Positions 10,365-20,505 of a DNA stretch of 64,000 bases are shown here, piece by piece. The notes under the pieces were generated by a model. It searched no databases and was not told where the DNA came from. It worked only from the letters and a program-made list of their open reading frames with translations. The stretch spans positions 149 to 64,148 of the forward strand of contig JBBSCU010000001.1 of the NCBI GenBank assembly GCA_038249935.1. Reading direction: 5' to 3'. The stretch is from Chroococcales cyanobacterium. GTDB lineage: Bacteria; Cyanobacteriota; Cyanobacteriia; Cyanobacteriales; Nostocaceae. A program made the translations under genes and the position numbers. Position 1 is the stretch's first letter. Every line of letters starts with the position of its first letter.

Positions 10365-10405
10365 TGTAAGGTACGTTACACTTTGTTAACTCGCTAGCTT
10401 AAAAT
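10365..10405 (+). promoter_or_regulatory. Putative NtcA-activated promoter upstream of the FHA-PrsW gene
   Basis: TGTA-AGGTACGT-TACA (10365-10380) and TAAAAT at 10400-10405, 20 nt after TAC. Confidence 0.6.
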
Positions 10406-10908
10406 GGTTTATTGCACCACAGTTAGTGCTTTAATATATCGAAATAAAACCTTTTGGTTCATCAATAAATTTGACCGACGCTGTGTTTCTATTATGTACT
10501 GCTTTTATTGATACATAAGTAGCTTATCCAAACCTACAAGTGTGCAAATCCCCAGTAGTTAGTGGTCAATCATTCAGTGGCAAAAATAGCTGAAAACAGA
10601 CCGCCGACAATTATATATTTTTTTAATGTAACTAAATGCAGTAAAAAGTACCATTTTCTGATAAATTGCCGTGCGTTTAATTTGCAGTTAGGATGTCAAG
10701 AGTGCATCACCTAGACAATCTGATTCATACACCTGGAATATTTATTAAGATTAGGTAAAACAATTTTAAATTTTGCATTTGGAATTTTAAATTTCTTAGC
10801 AGTAAGTGAAGCTATAGTGGATTTAGCAATGCTGCTGTTGATGTGGCTAAGGTTAGTTCCTGCTGCCAAATTATTTGAATAATTAGTTTAGAAACGCACT
10901 TCTTATCG

Positions 10909-12291
10909 ATGACAGGCAAAAACGCAAGACATAATGCATTTCTACAGCTAGTGTCTGGTAATGGAGCAGCTATTGGATCAGAATCTCGCTACTCGCTGCC
11001 CCCCAGTAAAGAGATGGTAATTGGACGCGACCCCAGCTGCCAAGTTGTCTTAGATGCCATGACGTACCGGATGGTATCTCGTCGTCATGCGGTAGTTCGT
11101 CCCCTCTCTTTATCCCCAGATAGCAAATTCAGCTGGGTGCTTTGTGATTTGAATAGTGCTAATGGTACTTATTTGAATGGACAACGCTTGTATGAATGTC
11201 AAGAATTGCATCCAGGCGATCGCATTTCTCTAGGTGCTGATGGGCCGCAATACGTTTTTGAGTATGAGTTTACCTCAGTCACTCCGGCAACGACAGTTAA
11301 CCAAATTACACCACTGCCTTCCGCAACAAACTACCACAACCATACGCAATTAAAGCGGCCAGATTCCGTTAGCTTCACCCAGCTTTTTCCAATTATTTCC
11401 ACTGGTAAAGATTTAACTCGTAAAGCTTACCTTATACCGGGAATACTGACCGTAATATTCGTAGTCCTAATGTTTGCTACAGTCGGTCGGCCTCAAGCTA
11501 ATCAAGTGATTGTTGCAACTTATATCGCCTTCGCTGCCTACTATTTTGTTTACCAACTTTGCGGTAAACAGAAGCCTTGGTGGGTGTTAATGGCTGCATC
11601 ACTAAGTACGCCGCTGATTTTGCTCAGTCCAGTGTTGAATCTATTTATCTTCGTGTTTCGCGGCATCTTGCCTGGAAACTTACCCTCACCCCAAGAATCT
11701 ATTACCTTTACAGAGTTGCTGGTGCGGATGTTTTTTGGCGCTGGATTAATGGAGGAATTACTCAAAGCCTTGCCTGTATTAGGAGCCTTTGCCATCGGTA
11801 GAATGTTGTCTTCACCTTGGCGGGAACGCATAGGCGTTTGGGAACCTCTAGATGGTATTCTGCTGGGAACGGCTTCGGCTGTAGGTTTCACTCTATTGGA
11901 AACTCTTGGTCAATATGTGCCAGATATCACTCAAAATGTTACGCAACAGGTGGGTATAGGCGCTGCTGGACAACTAGCGGGTTTACAACTGCTAATTCCG
12001 CGAATTTTAGGCTCTGTAGCTGGACACATGGCTTATAGTGGCTACCTGGGCTATTTTATCGGGCTGGCTGTCCTCAAACCCAGTAGAAGTTGGCAAATTC
12101 TCTCTATTGGTTATCTTAGTGCCTCTGCGCTCCACGCTCTGTGGAATGCTACAGGATCAATCAATGCCTTGCTGTTGGTAGTTGTTGGGGTGTTGTCTTA
12201 CGCCTTTTTGATGGCAGCAATTCTCAAGGCACGGGCGCTGTCACCGACGCGATCACAAAATTTTGCTACCCGATTTCTGGAACACAGATGA
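10909..12291 (+). CDS. FHA domain + PrsW-family intramembrane glutamic protease
   Basis: FHA motifs IGRDP, SRRHA, SANGTYLNG; PrsW motifs MEELLK, GFTLLET, GHMAY, LHALWN. Confidence 0.9.
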   Translation: MTGKNARHNAFLQLVSGNGAAIGSESRYSLPPSKEMVIGRDPSCQVVLDAMTYRMVSRRHAVVRPLSLSPDSKFSWVLCDLNSANGTYLNGQRLYECQELHPGDRISLGADGPQYVFEYEFTSVTPATTVNQITPLPSATNYHNHTQLKRPDSVSFTQLFPIISTGKDLTRKAYLIPGILTVIFVVLMFATVGRPQANQVIVATYIAFAAYYFVYQLCGKQKPWWVLMAASLSTPLILLSPVLNLFIFVFRGILPGNLPSPQESITFTELLVRMFFGAGLMEELLKALPVLGAFAIGRMLSSPWRERIGVWEPLDGILLGTASAVGFTLLETLGQYVPDITQNVTQQVGIGAAGQLAGLQLLIPRILGSVAGHMAYSGYLGYFIGLAVLKPSRSWQILSIGYLSASALHALWNATGSINALLLVVVGVLSYAFLMAAILKARALSPTRSQNFATRFLEHR

Positions 12292-12503
12292 GAGTAGGAA
12301 AATAAATCTTAAGTCTTAAATATTTATGTCTTAGGATGGATGGCCTAATTTGATAATCTGTTTATCATGATGTTATTTTAGGCCAACTATACCTAAAGAC
12401 TAAAAATTAGTGGATGTTTGAAACCGCAACATAAGCTTTACTAGCAGATAAATTTCTCTGACTTTTTAATTAAAATATAGGAAAAAGAAATAGTAAACTC
12501 AGT

Positions 12504-13133
12504 TTATGGTTCAGGCTGAGAGTTATTGAGTTGAGTAAAAGCATAGTAAGCGATCGCTAAAGTAACCTTTGCTTGCTCTACTTCTGATAAAGCTGTCCAC
12601 TCACTATTTTTAAGATTACTGAGCGCAGATGCCGCGTTTTGCGATTCGCTACTTCGCATAGCGTAAGCAAAAGGACGAGCTAAGACTAAAAGATCCTCTG
12701 TTCCCCAAGTAGGTAGTACTGTCTGAACGCACTCAACCAGTTGTTCACCCATTGATTGGCGAGAAGAAAATATCTCAGCAGCTTTGGTAGCGATCGCATT
12801 GAGCAATAATTGAGGGACACAAGCAGAGAAAGTAGTACGTAATGTTTCTTGAAGATTAAACACTACTGCCTGTTGTGAATTGCGATCGTAGCTTGACCAA
12901 AGTGTGTCTAGATGGCTATAAAAATCTTGCGATCGCGTCGTTAATTCTGACTCTAAGAAATCTGGCATTACGAACTGTTGTTCTAGTTCGTGAAAATATG
13001 CTTCTGATTCATTATCAACTGGATTCCAGGGATAAGTAGCATCGTCTGGTTCTAGTAACGCTTCTAAAAACTCTAAATCTAGTTGAGACGGCAAAGAACA
13101 GAAAGCGTCTGAGTCGTTAATTTTTTTAGCCAT
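12504..13133 (-). CDS. Acidic helical hypothetical protein, possibly PatU3-like
   Basis: 209-aa ORF co-oriented downstream of the CHAT gene; YPWNP motif and helical C-half; the PatU3 likeness is from memory only. Confidence 0.75.
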   Translation of the reverse strand: MAKKINDSDAFCSLPSQLDLEFLEALLEPDDATYPWNPVDNESEAYFHELEQQFVMPDFLESELTTRSQDFYSHLDTLWSSYDRNSQQAVVFNLQETLRTTFSACVPQLLLNAIATKAAEIFSSRQSMGEQLVECVQTVLPTWGTEDLLVLARPFAYAMRSSESQNAASALSNLKNSEWTALSEVEQAKVTLAIAYYAFTQLNNSQPEP

Positions 13134-13372
13134 TTTTTCTTAACTCCCGATTAGTTGGTGATATTGACAGCTACAATTCCTAAGAAGAGATTTCCGCAAA
13201 AACAGTTGATTTTTCTCTAGTAAAAATAGATTGTAAAAGCTGATGCTCAACATCAAAATGCATTTATCAAGAAGGGGAAAGGTTTCGGTGTGAGCGCTTA
13301 GTCGAACGGTAAAAAGCTATGCAGGTATTGTGTCTGACCTAATTCATCCCCTTTTTTTATGCAATAACTCTG

Positions 13373-14947
13373 CTACGAGTCTTCAATAATAAACTCCCAA
13401 ATATCACCTCTAGCACTTCCAAACTTTAACTGCATTCCCGATTTCAAGGGGACTTCCTCTCGGAGGATTTGTTGCCAACCATTAGGACTTAAAAACCAGG
13501 TTGTCCCGTAGGTGGAAAAATCTTGCAAGTAATAAGTTCGCATCAGTGTAGCATCAGTAAGAGTATTGCGGCAGAAGATTTCGGCGTGGCGTTTAGAAAC
13601 AGCTGGTTCTGGGATGACAATATCATTGTCTTTTGTGCGACCGATGCGGGTGACTCCATAACGCAATAACCAGGTTTTAGCTGAGGAGAGCGATCGCAAA
13701 GAGGCAGTAAAGGGAGAACTTATATCAGGAATGGCTGTATCTGGGAGTTCCGTAATTCCTTCATCAACAGCCTTGATCAGTTCGCCATTAAAATCTGGAT
13801 GCAGATAAAGAACAGGCAAAGTCCAAGCAGGTTGATTAAATTTATACAGTGTTAATAACTCTTGCCTAGCCAGTGCTACGGCTTCATCAATTGGTTTGTG
13901 CGATCGCAAAGCTTCGGTAAAGGCTTGAATAAAACTGTGGCTTTCGTGGTCAGCGATTTTATCGCGCATCCCCAAAACCGCAGGTACACCATGACGAATC
14001 AGCACTTCTGCCAAACTGCTAGCAGCTATAGCTTGATGATTGCTAGTAGCTGGTTGTGCGCCCCAACAGGCGTTAAAAACCGCTAATTTCACACCTGTAC
14101 GGGTCAATACTTGCGCCAATTCTATCCCATTCAGGGCGCATTCTGGTTGCAAAAACAGTAAGCCGCCGTCTGGGTCTGGCAAACCATGTCCAGCATAAAA
14201 GAAAACATTGTATGCTTTGGTTTCTAGTTCTTGAATCAACTCCTGGGGAGTTGGTTGTATGAGTTGATTCACTATACAGGGTGCATATCTTTGGGAATGA
14301 CCGCCGACCGGCGGATCTGCAAGAGTTTGCTGTAGGATAGCGGCTTCTTGTTTTAGTTGCAGGTTTTCATCATGACCTAAGACCAGCAGGATACTTAAAG
14401 CCTGGTCAGTTCGCAAATAGGGCAAGGGGTCAACTTCAGTGCTGGTGCGACTAAATAGCAAATCTGAGGAGAGAGACATAGCCGATTGGCCAGGCTCACG
14501 CTGCATAATTTCCCAAGGGAAAGCGATGAGATCCGGGTCACGAATTTCTAGTCGAAAGCGCAAACGTGTATGCTGACCCATAGCAATACCACGACTGCGT
14601 TCTAGACTACCGAGAATTTGTCCGTCGAATACCCAGCGCCATAAATTCATTCCTAAATATTGCATCAGACGACTGCTGTAGGGGCTAGTGGTCTGAGATG
14701 AAGGGGGTGAAATCGAATCTATAGAGAATGGGTTAGTCTTTTGAGATGTTAAGTTTGGGGAAATATCTAGGTGACTATGACCAGCGAACATCTGCTGCCA
14801 TTCTTGCCAGACTTGAGTAAGTTCAACAGGCCATACACAGTCACGTAAAACATAGCCACTGGGATAGGGAGCCTTGACCACCCAAATGGCGAAGTTGTCA
14901 GTGCCAGTGTTTAAAAGACGGGCGATCGCCAAATTCAGGGATGGCAT
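13373..14947 (-). CDS. HetF-like CHAT (caspase-fold) protease with C-terminal FHA domain
   Basis: LRFRLEI..FPWEIM, FFYAGHG (His codon 14186-14188), VFNACWGA (Cys codon 14066-14068), AWTLPVLY; FHA IGRT..SKRHA. Confidence 0.88.
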   Translation of the reverse strand: MPSLNLAIARLLNTGTDNFAIWVVKAPYPSGYVLRDCVWPVELTQVWQEWQQMFAGHSHLDISPNLTSQKTNPFSIDSISPPSSQTTSPYSSRLMQYLGMNLWRWVFDGQILGSLERSRGIAMGQHTRLRFRLEIRDPDLIAFPWEIMQREPGQSAMSLSSDLLFSRTSTEVDPLPYLRTDQALSILLVLGHDENLQLKQEAAILQQTLADPPVGGHSQRYAPCIVNQLIQPTPQELIQELETKAYNVFFYAGHGLPDPDGGLLFLQPECALNGIELAQVLTRTGVKLAVFNACWGAQPATSNHQAIAASSLAEVLIRHGVPAVLGMRDKIADHESHSFIQAFTEALRSHKPIDEAVALARQELLTLYKFNQPAWTLPVLYLHPDFNGELIKAVDEGITELPDTAIPDISSPFTASLRSLSSAKTWLLRYGVTRIGRTKDNDIVIPEPAVSKRHAEIFCRNTLTDATLMRTYYLQDFSTYGTTWFLSPNGWQQILREEVPLKSGMQLKFGSARGDIWEFIIEDS

Positions 14948-15096
14948 GGATTCATAAAACTAAAAGCTAAAAACAAATAATTTCAAATAACAATTATCCA
15001 AGGTGAAAATTTTCTACTTTTTTACCTTGCATCGTTTTTTACTCTGGTTGTTACCTGTTATTATTCCAGGTTTTTACCAGTTTATCGAGTATTTAA

Positions 15097-17373
15097 CTAA
15101 GTTGGACTGGTGTTAGGTGGTTGAGTAACTGGCGGTTGCGTGACAACTCTACATGGACTTGGTACATCTGATTGTAAAACAGAGACTTTAAAACGGTTCA
15201 TCTGAGAAAATTTAATTGATACCTTTTCCTCTGGCTTCAATGCAGGTTTTAACTTAGATGGTGCTTGCGAAGTTACTGGATTTGTGCTGTTTGTTGGAGT
15301 TGGTGTAACTTTATTGTTACAGACTCGCACATATACTGAAAAATCCCCAGAAGCAGGTTTGGGATTTGGTTTTGTGTCGAGAACTTCTAAAAAACTTTCC
15401 GGGGGAAGCAATTTGTTGTTTCCCAAGGATATTTCGTTGTTGGTTTTAATTACCCAACCACGAGAAAGGTTAGCAAGCGATCGCGGTGCAGGTATCGCTT
15501 CGATGGTAGGGGTTGGAGTTGCTGTGGGATTGGACAAAATTGGAGAGGAACGTGATGGCGATCGCAGTTGCTTAACGAAGAATCCTAAACTGCCTGCTGC
15601 GATCACAAATATTAACGGGACTATCCAGTGTAGCGGTAAACTCGAACTTTTAACTGGCAGATTTTCTGGAAGGACTTGAGTTTTGTGGTTTGGGCGATCT
15701 AAAAGTGTCGGATCTGCCGCTTTGGACGCTAAATCAACAGTTTTGGCAGAATAACCCTCTGGAATGACTGCTTTGATGGTGATCTCTGGTTCCCAGTATT
15801 GGACTTGATAGTGTACTAAAGCAACGGTGACATTATCGTGTCCATTTTTAGTATTAGCAATTTCTACTAATCTATCCGCAACATTTGTTATATTTGTTTC
15901 TCCAAGCAGAATCGGCAATATTTCTGTTTCCCAGTACTCTTCTACCCGATCAAAATCAGTCAAACCATCGGATGTGAGCAGAAATACGGCATCTTCGTCG
16001 AGCATAAACCGTCCAGATGTCGGATGCAATGAGCTACTTGGCCCCATTCCCAAAGCTTGAACCAGAGAACCAGCAGCACTTTGTTGTACAGCCTCGCGGT
16101 AAATAGCATAGCCTAGCCGCACCTCACGGGAAGCAACATCATCGTCGAGGGTAACTTGATAACAGCCGTGGCGTGTAATCCAATAGGCACGACTATCGCC
16201 GACGTGGGTAATGTACATTTCGTGGGCAACAGGCAATGCCATTACTAACGTTGTACCCATGCGTTGTCGCCCTTGACGATTTTCACTGTCATTGCGCTGA
16301 CTAATTTTGTCATTGGCAATTGCCACGGCGTTTTCTAGGTCATTCAGCAGCAGTGAAGGGTCTATGTGGTCGTAGGGAACTTTTGTTAATTGCTGTACCT
16401 GTTGCTGGATTGTTTCAATGGCTAAATTTGAGGCGACATTGCCGCCCTCGTGTCCACCGATGCCATCACAGACAATTGCTAAGGCTGTTGGCTGGGGTGG
16501 TTTGCTGACCAGAGTGCCACTGGGGGGGCTACAGGCATCTTCGTTACGTTGGCGACTTGGCCCAGTATCAGTTTTGGTGATAATTTTGATCGTGGGTGTT
16601 TGCGATCGCCCTAATTGTGCCAGTCCGTGATCTAAAACTGTGATTAATTGTTCGGATGAGTGAATCTTTCCCTGAATTAAGGAAAGGCTAACGTGTTCAA
16701 CAAATTCAGCTACGGCTGGTTTGGCATCACTGAGCAACTGCTGCCAAAATTCACCTAATTGGGGTAATTCTGGCAATGTTGCAGCGTCGAAACGCAATTC
16801 CAACAAACGTACTAGTGATCCTTCTATCCGTAATACATAGGAGTCAAGTAAGCTAGAGGCGACACCTTCACTCGCAAGAGGTTGCCACAGATGAGCTATT
16901 TGCCATAACCAATTGAGTTGGCGCATCGATGTAGCATCACGCCAAGCGGTAGTTAACTCGCTGCCCAAATGCACTTGTTGGATAGTGTCATCTACTAATA
17001 GGGGCGGTTTTTCTAAAAGTAATATTTCTTGCTGGGCGGGATCGTCAGCTAGAAAAAGTACTCCATATACCTGTGGTACGTGTAAGCGGTAGGGAATGAG
17101 TCTCAGGTAAGCTCTGGGGATATGTAAATTATCTAACTCAGGCGTTAGCGTTAATAAACCAGGCTTCGTATCTAAAAGAACAAATTTATCAATAACTAAA
17201 TAGCGATCGGCTAATATTTGTCCAGGGCTACCCACACTCGGACTATCTACCACAGCCCAGAGATAATTTTTGGGTAAGGGCGTGGAACATCGCTGGCAAA
17301 ACTTGTGGGTCAGTGGGTTGGCAGCCTGACAATTTTCATTGGGACAGTGGAGCGTTGCCGCATCATTTTCCAT
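15097..17373 (-). CDS. prpJ: Membrane PP2C Ser/Thr phosphatase with Zn ribbon and kinase-like N-terminal region (PrpJ-like)
   Basis: CPNENC/CQRC; PP2C motifs RNED, CDGIGGHEGG, LTSDGLTD, GHDNVT; one TM; Pro/Thr-rich tail; symbol from architecture and recalled synteny with ndhM. Confidence 0.75.
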   Translation of the reverse strand: MENDAATLHCPNENCQAANPLTHKFCQRCSTPLPKNYLWAVVDSPSVGSPGQILADRYLVIDKFVLLDTKPGLLTLTPELDNLHIPRAYLRLIPYRLHVPQVYGVLFLADDPAQQEILLLEKPPLLVDDTIQQVHLGSELTTAWRDATSMRQLNWLWQIAHLWQPLASEGVASSLLDSYVLRIEGSLVRLLELRFDAATLPELPQLGEFWQQLLSDAKPAVAEFVEHVSLSLIQGKIHSSEQLITVLDHGLAQLGRSQTPTIKIITKTDTGPSRQRNEDACSPPSGTLVSKPPQPTALAIVCDGIGGHEGGNVASNLAIETIQQQVQQLTKVPYDHIDPSLLLNDLENAVAIANDKISQRNDSENRQGRQRMGTTLVMALPVAHEMYITHVGDSRAYWITRHGCYQVTLDDDVASREVRLGYAIYREAVQQSAAGSLVQALGMGPSSSLHPTSGRFMLDEDAVFLLTSDGLTDFDRVEEYWETEILPILLGETNITNVADRLVEIANTKNGHDNVTVALVHYQVQYWEPEITIKAVIPEGYSAKTVDLASKAADPTLLDRPNHKTQVLPENLPVKSSSLPLHWIVPLIFVIAAGSLGFFVKQLRSPSRSSPILSNPTATPTPTIEAIPAPRSLANLSRGWVIKTNNEISLGNNKLLPPESFLEVLDTKPNPKPASGDFSVYVRVCNNKVTPTPTNSTNPVTSQAPSKLKPALKPEEKVSIKFSQMNRFKVSVLQSDVPSPCRVVTQPPVTQPPNTSPT

Positions 17374-18012
17374 AGTTTTCGCACCGATCAGCGATTAGCA
17401 ATTTCTTTAATAACATTAGTAGGGACAATCTAGACCGCTCATCTTTCTGAAACTTGACATACCCAGACTTTAGATGATGATTTTAGCTGGCGGATATCAG
17501 CAGGTGCTAATACTTAACTTATCTAAAGAATACGCTCCTAAGTCAACCCTACAGCCTCATCATAGCTTCTATTGCTCTGTGACTCTTCATTGCCAAGCAA
17601 CTAACTCCAACCCTGTTACCAAAGCATAACCCAAGCATAACTCCGCTATTTGCTTTTGCTGAATTACTCCATCATCAAGAGGCAGATTAATGTTGGTGTT
17701 TGTTTAGTTTATGTTTATTTAGTTTATAAGTAGGATAGCAATAATTAACTTTAATTAAGAATTAAGATAATTAAATATACTTTTGGCAAAAGTACCTGAC
17801 GAATGATGTGGTTTTCAAAATCTCTTCAGAATTGCTGAGTAACCAAAAGAGCGAAACAGGAGTACTGATTCAGCACTCAGCATTGTTTCGGTAATCTCGT
17901 TTCCAGGTTCTAAGAAGGAAATGCTCTTTGGGGAGGCAGCAAAGCCTCACAGAGGGCATTCCCAGTCAGTACTAATATGAAAATAGCTGGAAGTTGACAC
18001 AGAAGGATTCAG

Positions 18013-18396
18013 CTAGCCCTCTATCAACTCTTTAGCTTGTTGTTTGTCGTCAATTACAACTTGAGGGACTCCCATGCTGTAGTTGGTAACGCGAGCAGAG
18101 AGATTATAGCTGAGTTCGCCGAGTTGCAGGAGCGATCGCAGATAATGCTCTAAGTCTGACCCAACACGGCGTAAATTATAGTCTGTCAGGTCTGCGCCAC
18201 TAGATGCTTCTACTAGTTCGTCAAATTTGCGATAAACCTTTTGCAACGCATCTTCACTCCAGTTAAATTCGTTGTCTGGGTCAACATCTAACGTTAAAAC
18301 TTGTTGACTAGGAACCAGTTCGCCATCCCGGTCAATTTCACCTGCAAAAATGCGGATATGCCGGGTTGTGGACTTGAGCAGCATCGGGTTATCCAT
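18013..18396 (-). CDS. ndhM: NDH-1 subunit M
   Basis: MLLKSTTRHIRIF..LTLDVDPDNEFNW..LTDYNLRRVGSDLEH. Confidence 0.95.
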   Translation of the reverse strand: MDNPMLLKSTTRHIRIFAGEIDRDGELVPSQQVLTLDVDPDNEFNWSEDALQKVYRKFDELVEASSGADLTDYNLRRVGSDLEHYLRSLLQLGELSYNLSARVTNYSMGVPQVVIDDKQQAKELIEG

Positions 18397-18680
18397 AAAT
18401 AAAAAGGTGTAAGATTTGGGTGGATGACACTGAAATTATTGTAGACGCTATATCCGAGCTTGAATGCTCTCAATTTACAAGCTTTGAATGCAGTTTCAAA
18501 AGGGTATATTGAATGGGCATAAGTAAAAATATCACCTGTACTGATTAGCTTGCTACTTCTATTAGGAGTTGAAGCCGGATCTACCTACTACTAATACTGA
18601 CAGTAGTCCAATTATTTATCTGCAAAAATTACTGGGTAGAGTGTTTTCATTTGGGCATACAAACAAGTCTGAGTGGTGTG

Positions 18681-18694
18681 GTAGTCTTATCTAC
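18681..18694. promoter_or_regulatory. Candidate NtcA site in the ndhM / Asr1734-like intergenic region
   Basis: GTA-GTCTTATC-TAC; no correctly spaced -10 box on either side. Confidence 0.35.
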
Positions 18695-19289
18695 TGCGAG
18701 GCTTTTGTTACTATCAAGCCCAGAAGACAGTAGGTGAGGTGCTTGGCTGGAATATTTTGATCTGTGTATATTTTTTTAGGGAGAACAAAAATTTTTTCCT
18801 TAATAATTATGTTCAGAAATTTCTTTTGAATTTACTGCTGAAAAAAACGTACATCTAGTAATTTTACGGAATAGCGCTACATCGACCTCTGGCTTTAATA
18901 AAATGAAAAAAGTTAAGCGGTTTTACTTACGTATAAACACTAAAGTTAGAGTAACAAGTCAAACTGTTATTGACGTTCAGATAAAGTTGATGTAAAAACC
19001 TTTAAAAAGGTAGAACAATTTCTTACAGAAACTTTATTATGTAGAATCTTAAAAACTGAATAATAGTTATGGCTTACCATAAACTACATCTAGCACAGGA
19101 ACATCAAAATCTAGATAGTGAAAATTTAGGTTGAAAATAAAACACAGGAGAGGAAAATGGAATACAAAGGTGATGGATGAAGAAAAATTCTTAATTCAAG
19201 CACTTTGGATTTAAAAGAGATATAAAGAATTTTTGCTGGACATCTACCTCCTTACCCTCATGACCACCAAGTAAAGGAATCTCATAGCT

Positions 19290-19574
19290 ATGAACTCCAA
19301 AGCATTACCACGCCAGATAAATAATCTCGAAGTAGGTGTTTATGAGTGCGAAATACATCTCAAATTTCGGTTGATTGAGGAGAAGAGTCTATTGAGCGAT
19401 CGCGAACAACTCTTACAGGTGCTACTTGATGCTTTAACCGAGGGTTCTGACGACTTTTTAGAGACGCTGCAAGCGTCAGTTAAAGCACAGGAAGTATCTG
19501 AATTTAAAGCCTCACATCAAATGCGACGCCAGCTAATGCGCTTGCGTAACGTTGCTGATAATCCCCAAACTTAA
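19290..19574 (+). CDS. Asr1734/Npun_R1517-family heterocyst differentiation regulator
   Basis: MNSKALPRQINNLEVGVYECEIHLKFRLIEEK..MRRQLMRLRN. Confidence 0.88.
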   Translation: MNSKALPRQINNLEVGVYECEIHLKFRLIEEKSLLSDREQLLQVLLDALTEGSDDFLETLQASVKAQEVSEFKASHQMRRQLMRLRNVADNPQT

Positions 19575-20244
19575 AGGTGTAATTTAAGTAGAGGTAAATT
19601 GTGAATTGGGTATCAAATCAAATGTTGTTCCCATGCCCCGTTGCAATAAAAACTAAGCAACAAGTAGAATTCATAAAATATTCTGATTTCTACTTTGTGA
19701 AAGTCTTATTTAGCAGCACAAAGTCCCAGGAACAGTTTCCTCTATTAAAAACTTTGTAGCAAAGGGTACTGGTAGAATCTGAAAGCAAATTCAGCCGGGT
19801 GCATTTTACCGAGTTTTTATTAAAACATTGCATGAAAAACAAAATTCTCTGTATTTACAGATGGGGAATTAGACAACAGGCGCGAATAAAATGAAAATCT
19901 AAAAGACTAAAGTAAAAATAAATAACCTTTCTTTTAGCTTTTTGCTTTAGCTAAGTGCCCGATCGCTAAATATAGCAACCGCTAAGGCGGTTTGAGCATG
20001 AGCGGTTACTATATTTCCCAAATTATGGCAGACTGGCCATAAGTATCGGCGATCGCTTGCTTCTAGTGAGTCACTGTTCAGAGTTGATTTTCCCGTGCCA
20101 AGTTTTGATTGCCCTTGATCATTTATGGGCAAGTTAGTAAATCAATACAGCACTTCCCGAAGTTATGAGGTACACTAATTGATCGAATTATTGTTTATCT
20201 GTGTTGATAGTCTGTCAAGTTTAAATTGATGGGTAAGAAACTTC

Positions 20245-20297
20245 GTAGTAAGGACTTCAGTCCTTATTTTCTAAGTACTAAAGTGCTTACTACAAAC
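20245..20297. repeat. REP-like double-hairpin element
   Basis: GTAGTAAGGACTTCAGTCCT..AGTACTAAAGTGCTTACTAC; an inverted near-copy lies at 50018-50072. Confidence 0.8.
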
Positions 20298-20505
20298 TTT
20301 TCATTACTAGCTTGACAGACTACTAATAGCATCCCAAGTATCTGTACCTCATAGCAGCAGGAAGTGCTGTAAAACACGCTCTGCAACATTTTTTTACAAA
20401 GTACCCTATTTTGCGCGTGTCCCGGCTGAACCTGATAATCTAAAGTTACATATCGAATTGATACTTGGTAGAATCGTACCAGCGATCGCCAAAATTGATA
20501 ATATT

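Noticed and set aside
12320-12410. Imperfect inverted repeat between the convergent FHA-PrsW and 209-aa genes
   Set aside because: Most simply a weak bidirectional terminator; nothing more can be supported
19947-20132. 61-aa minus-strand ORF
   Set aside because: TTG start, no clear RBS and no family I recognise; it cannot be excluded but is not supportable
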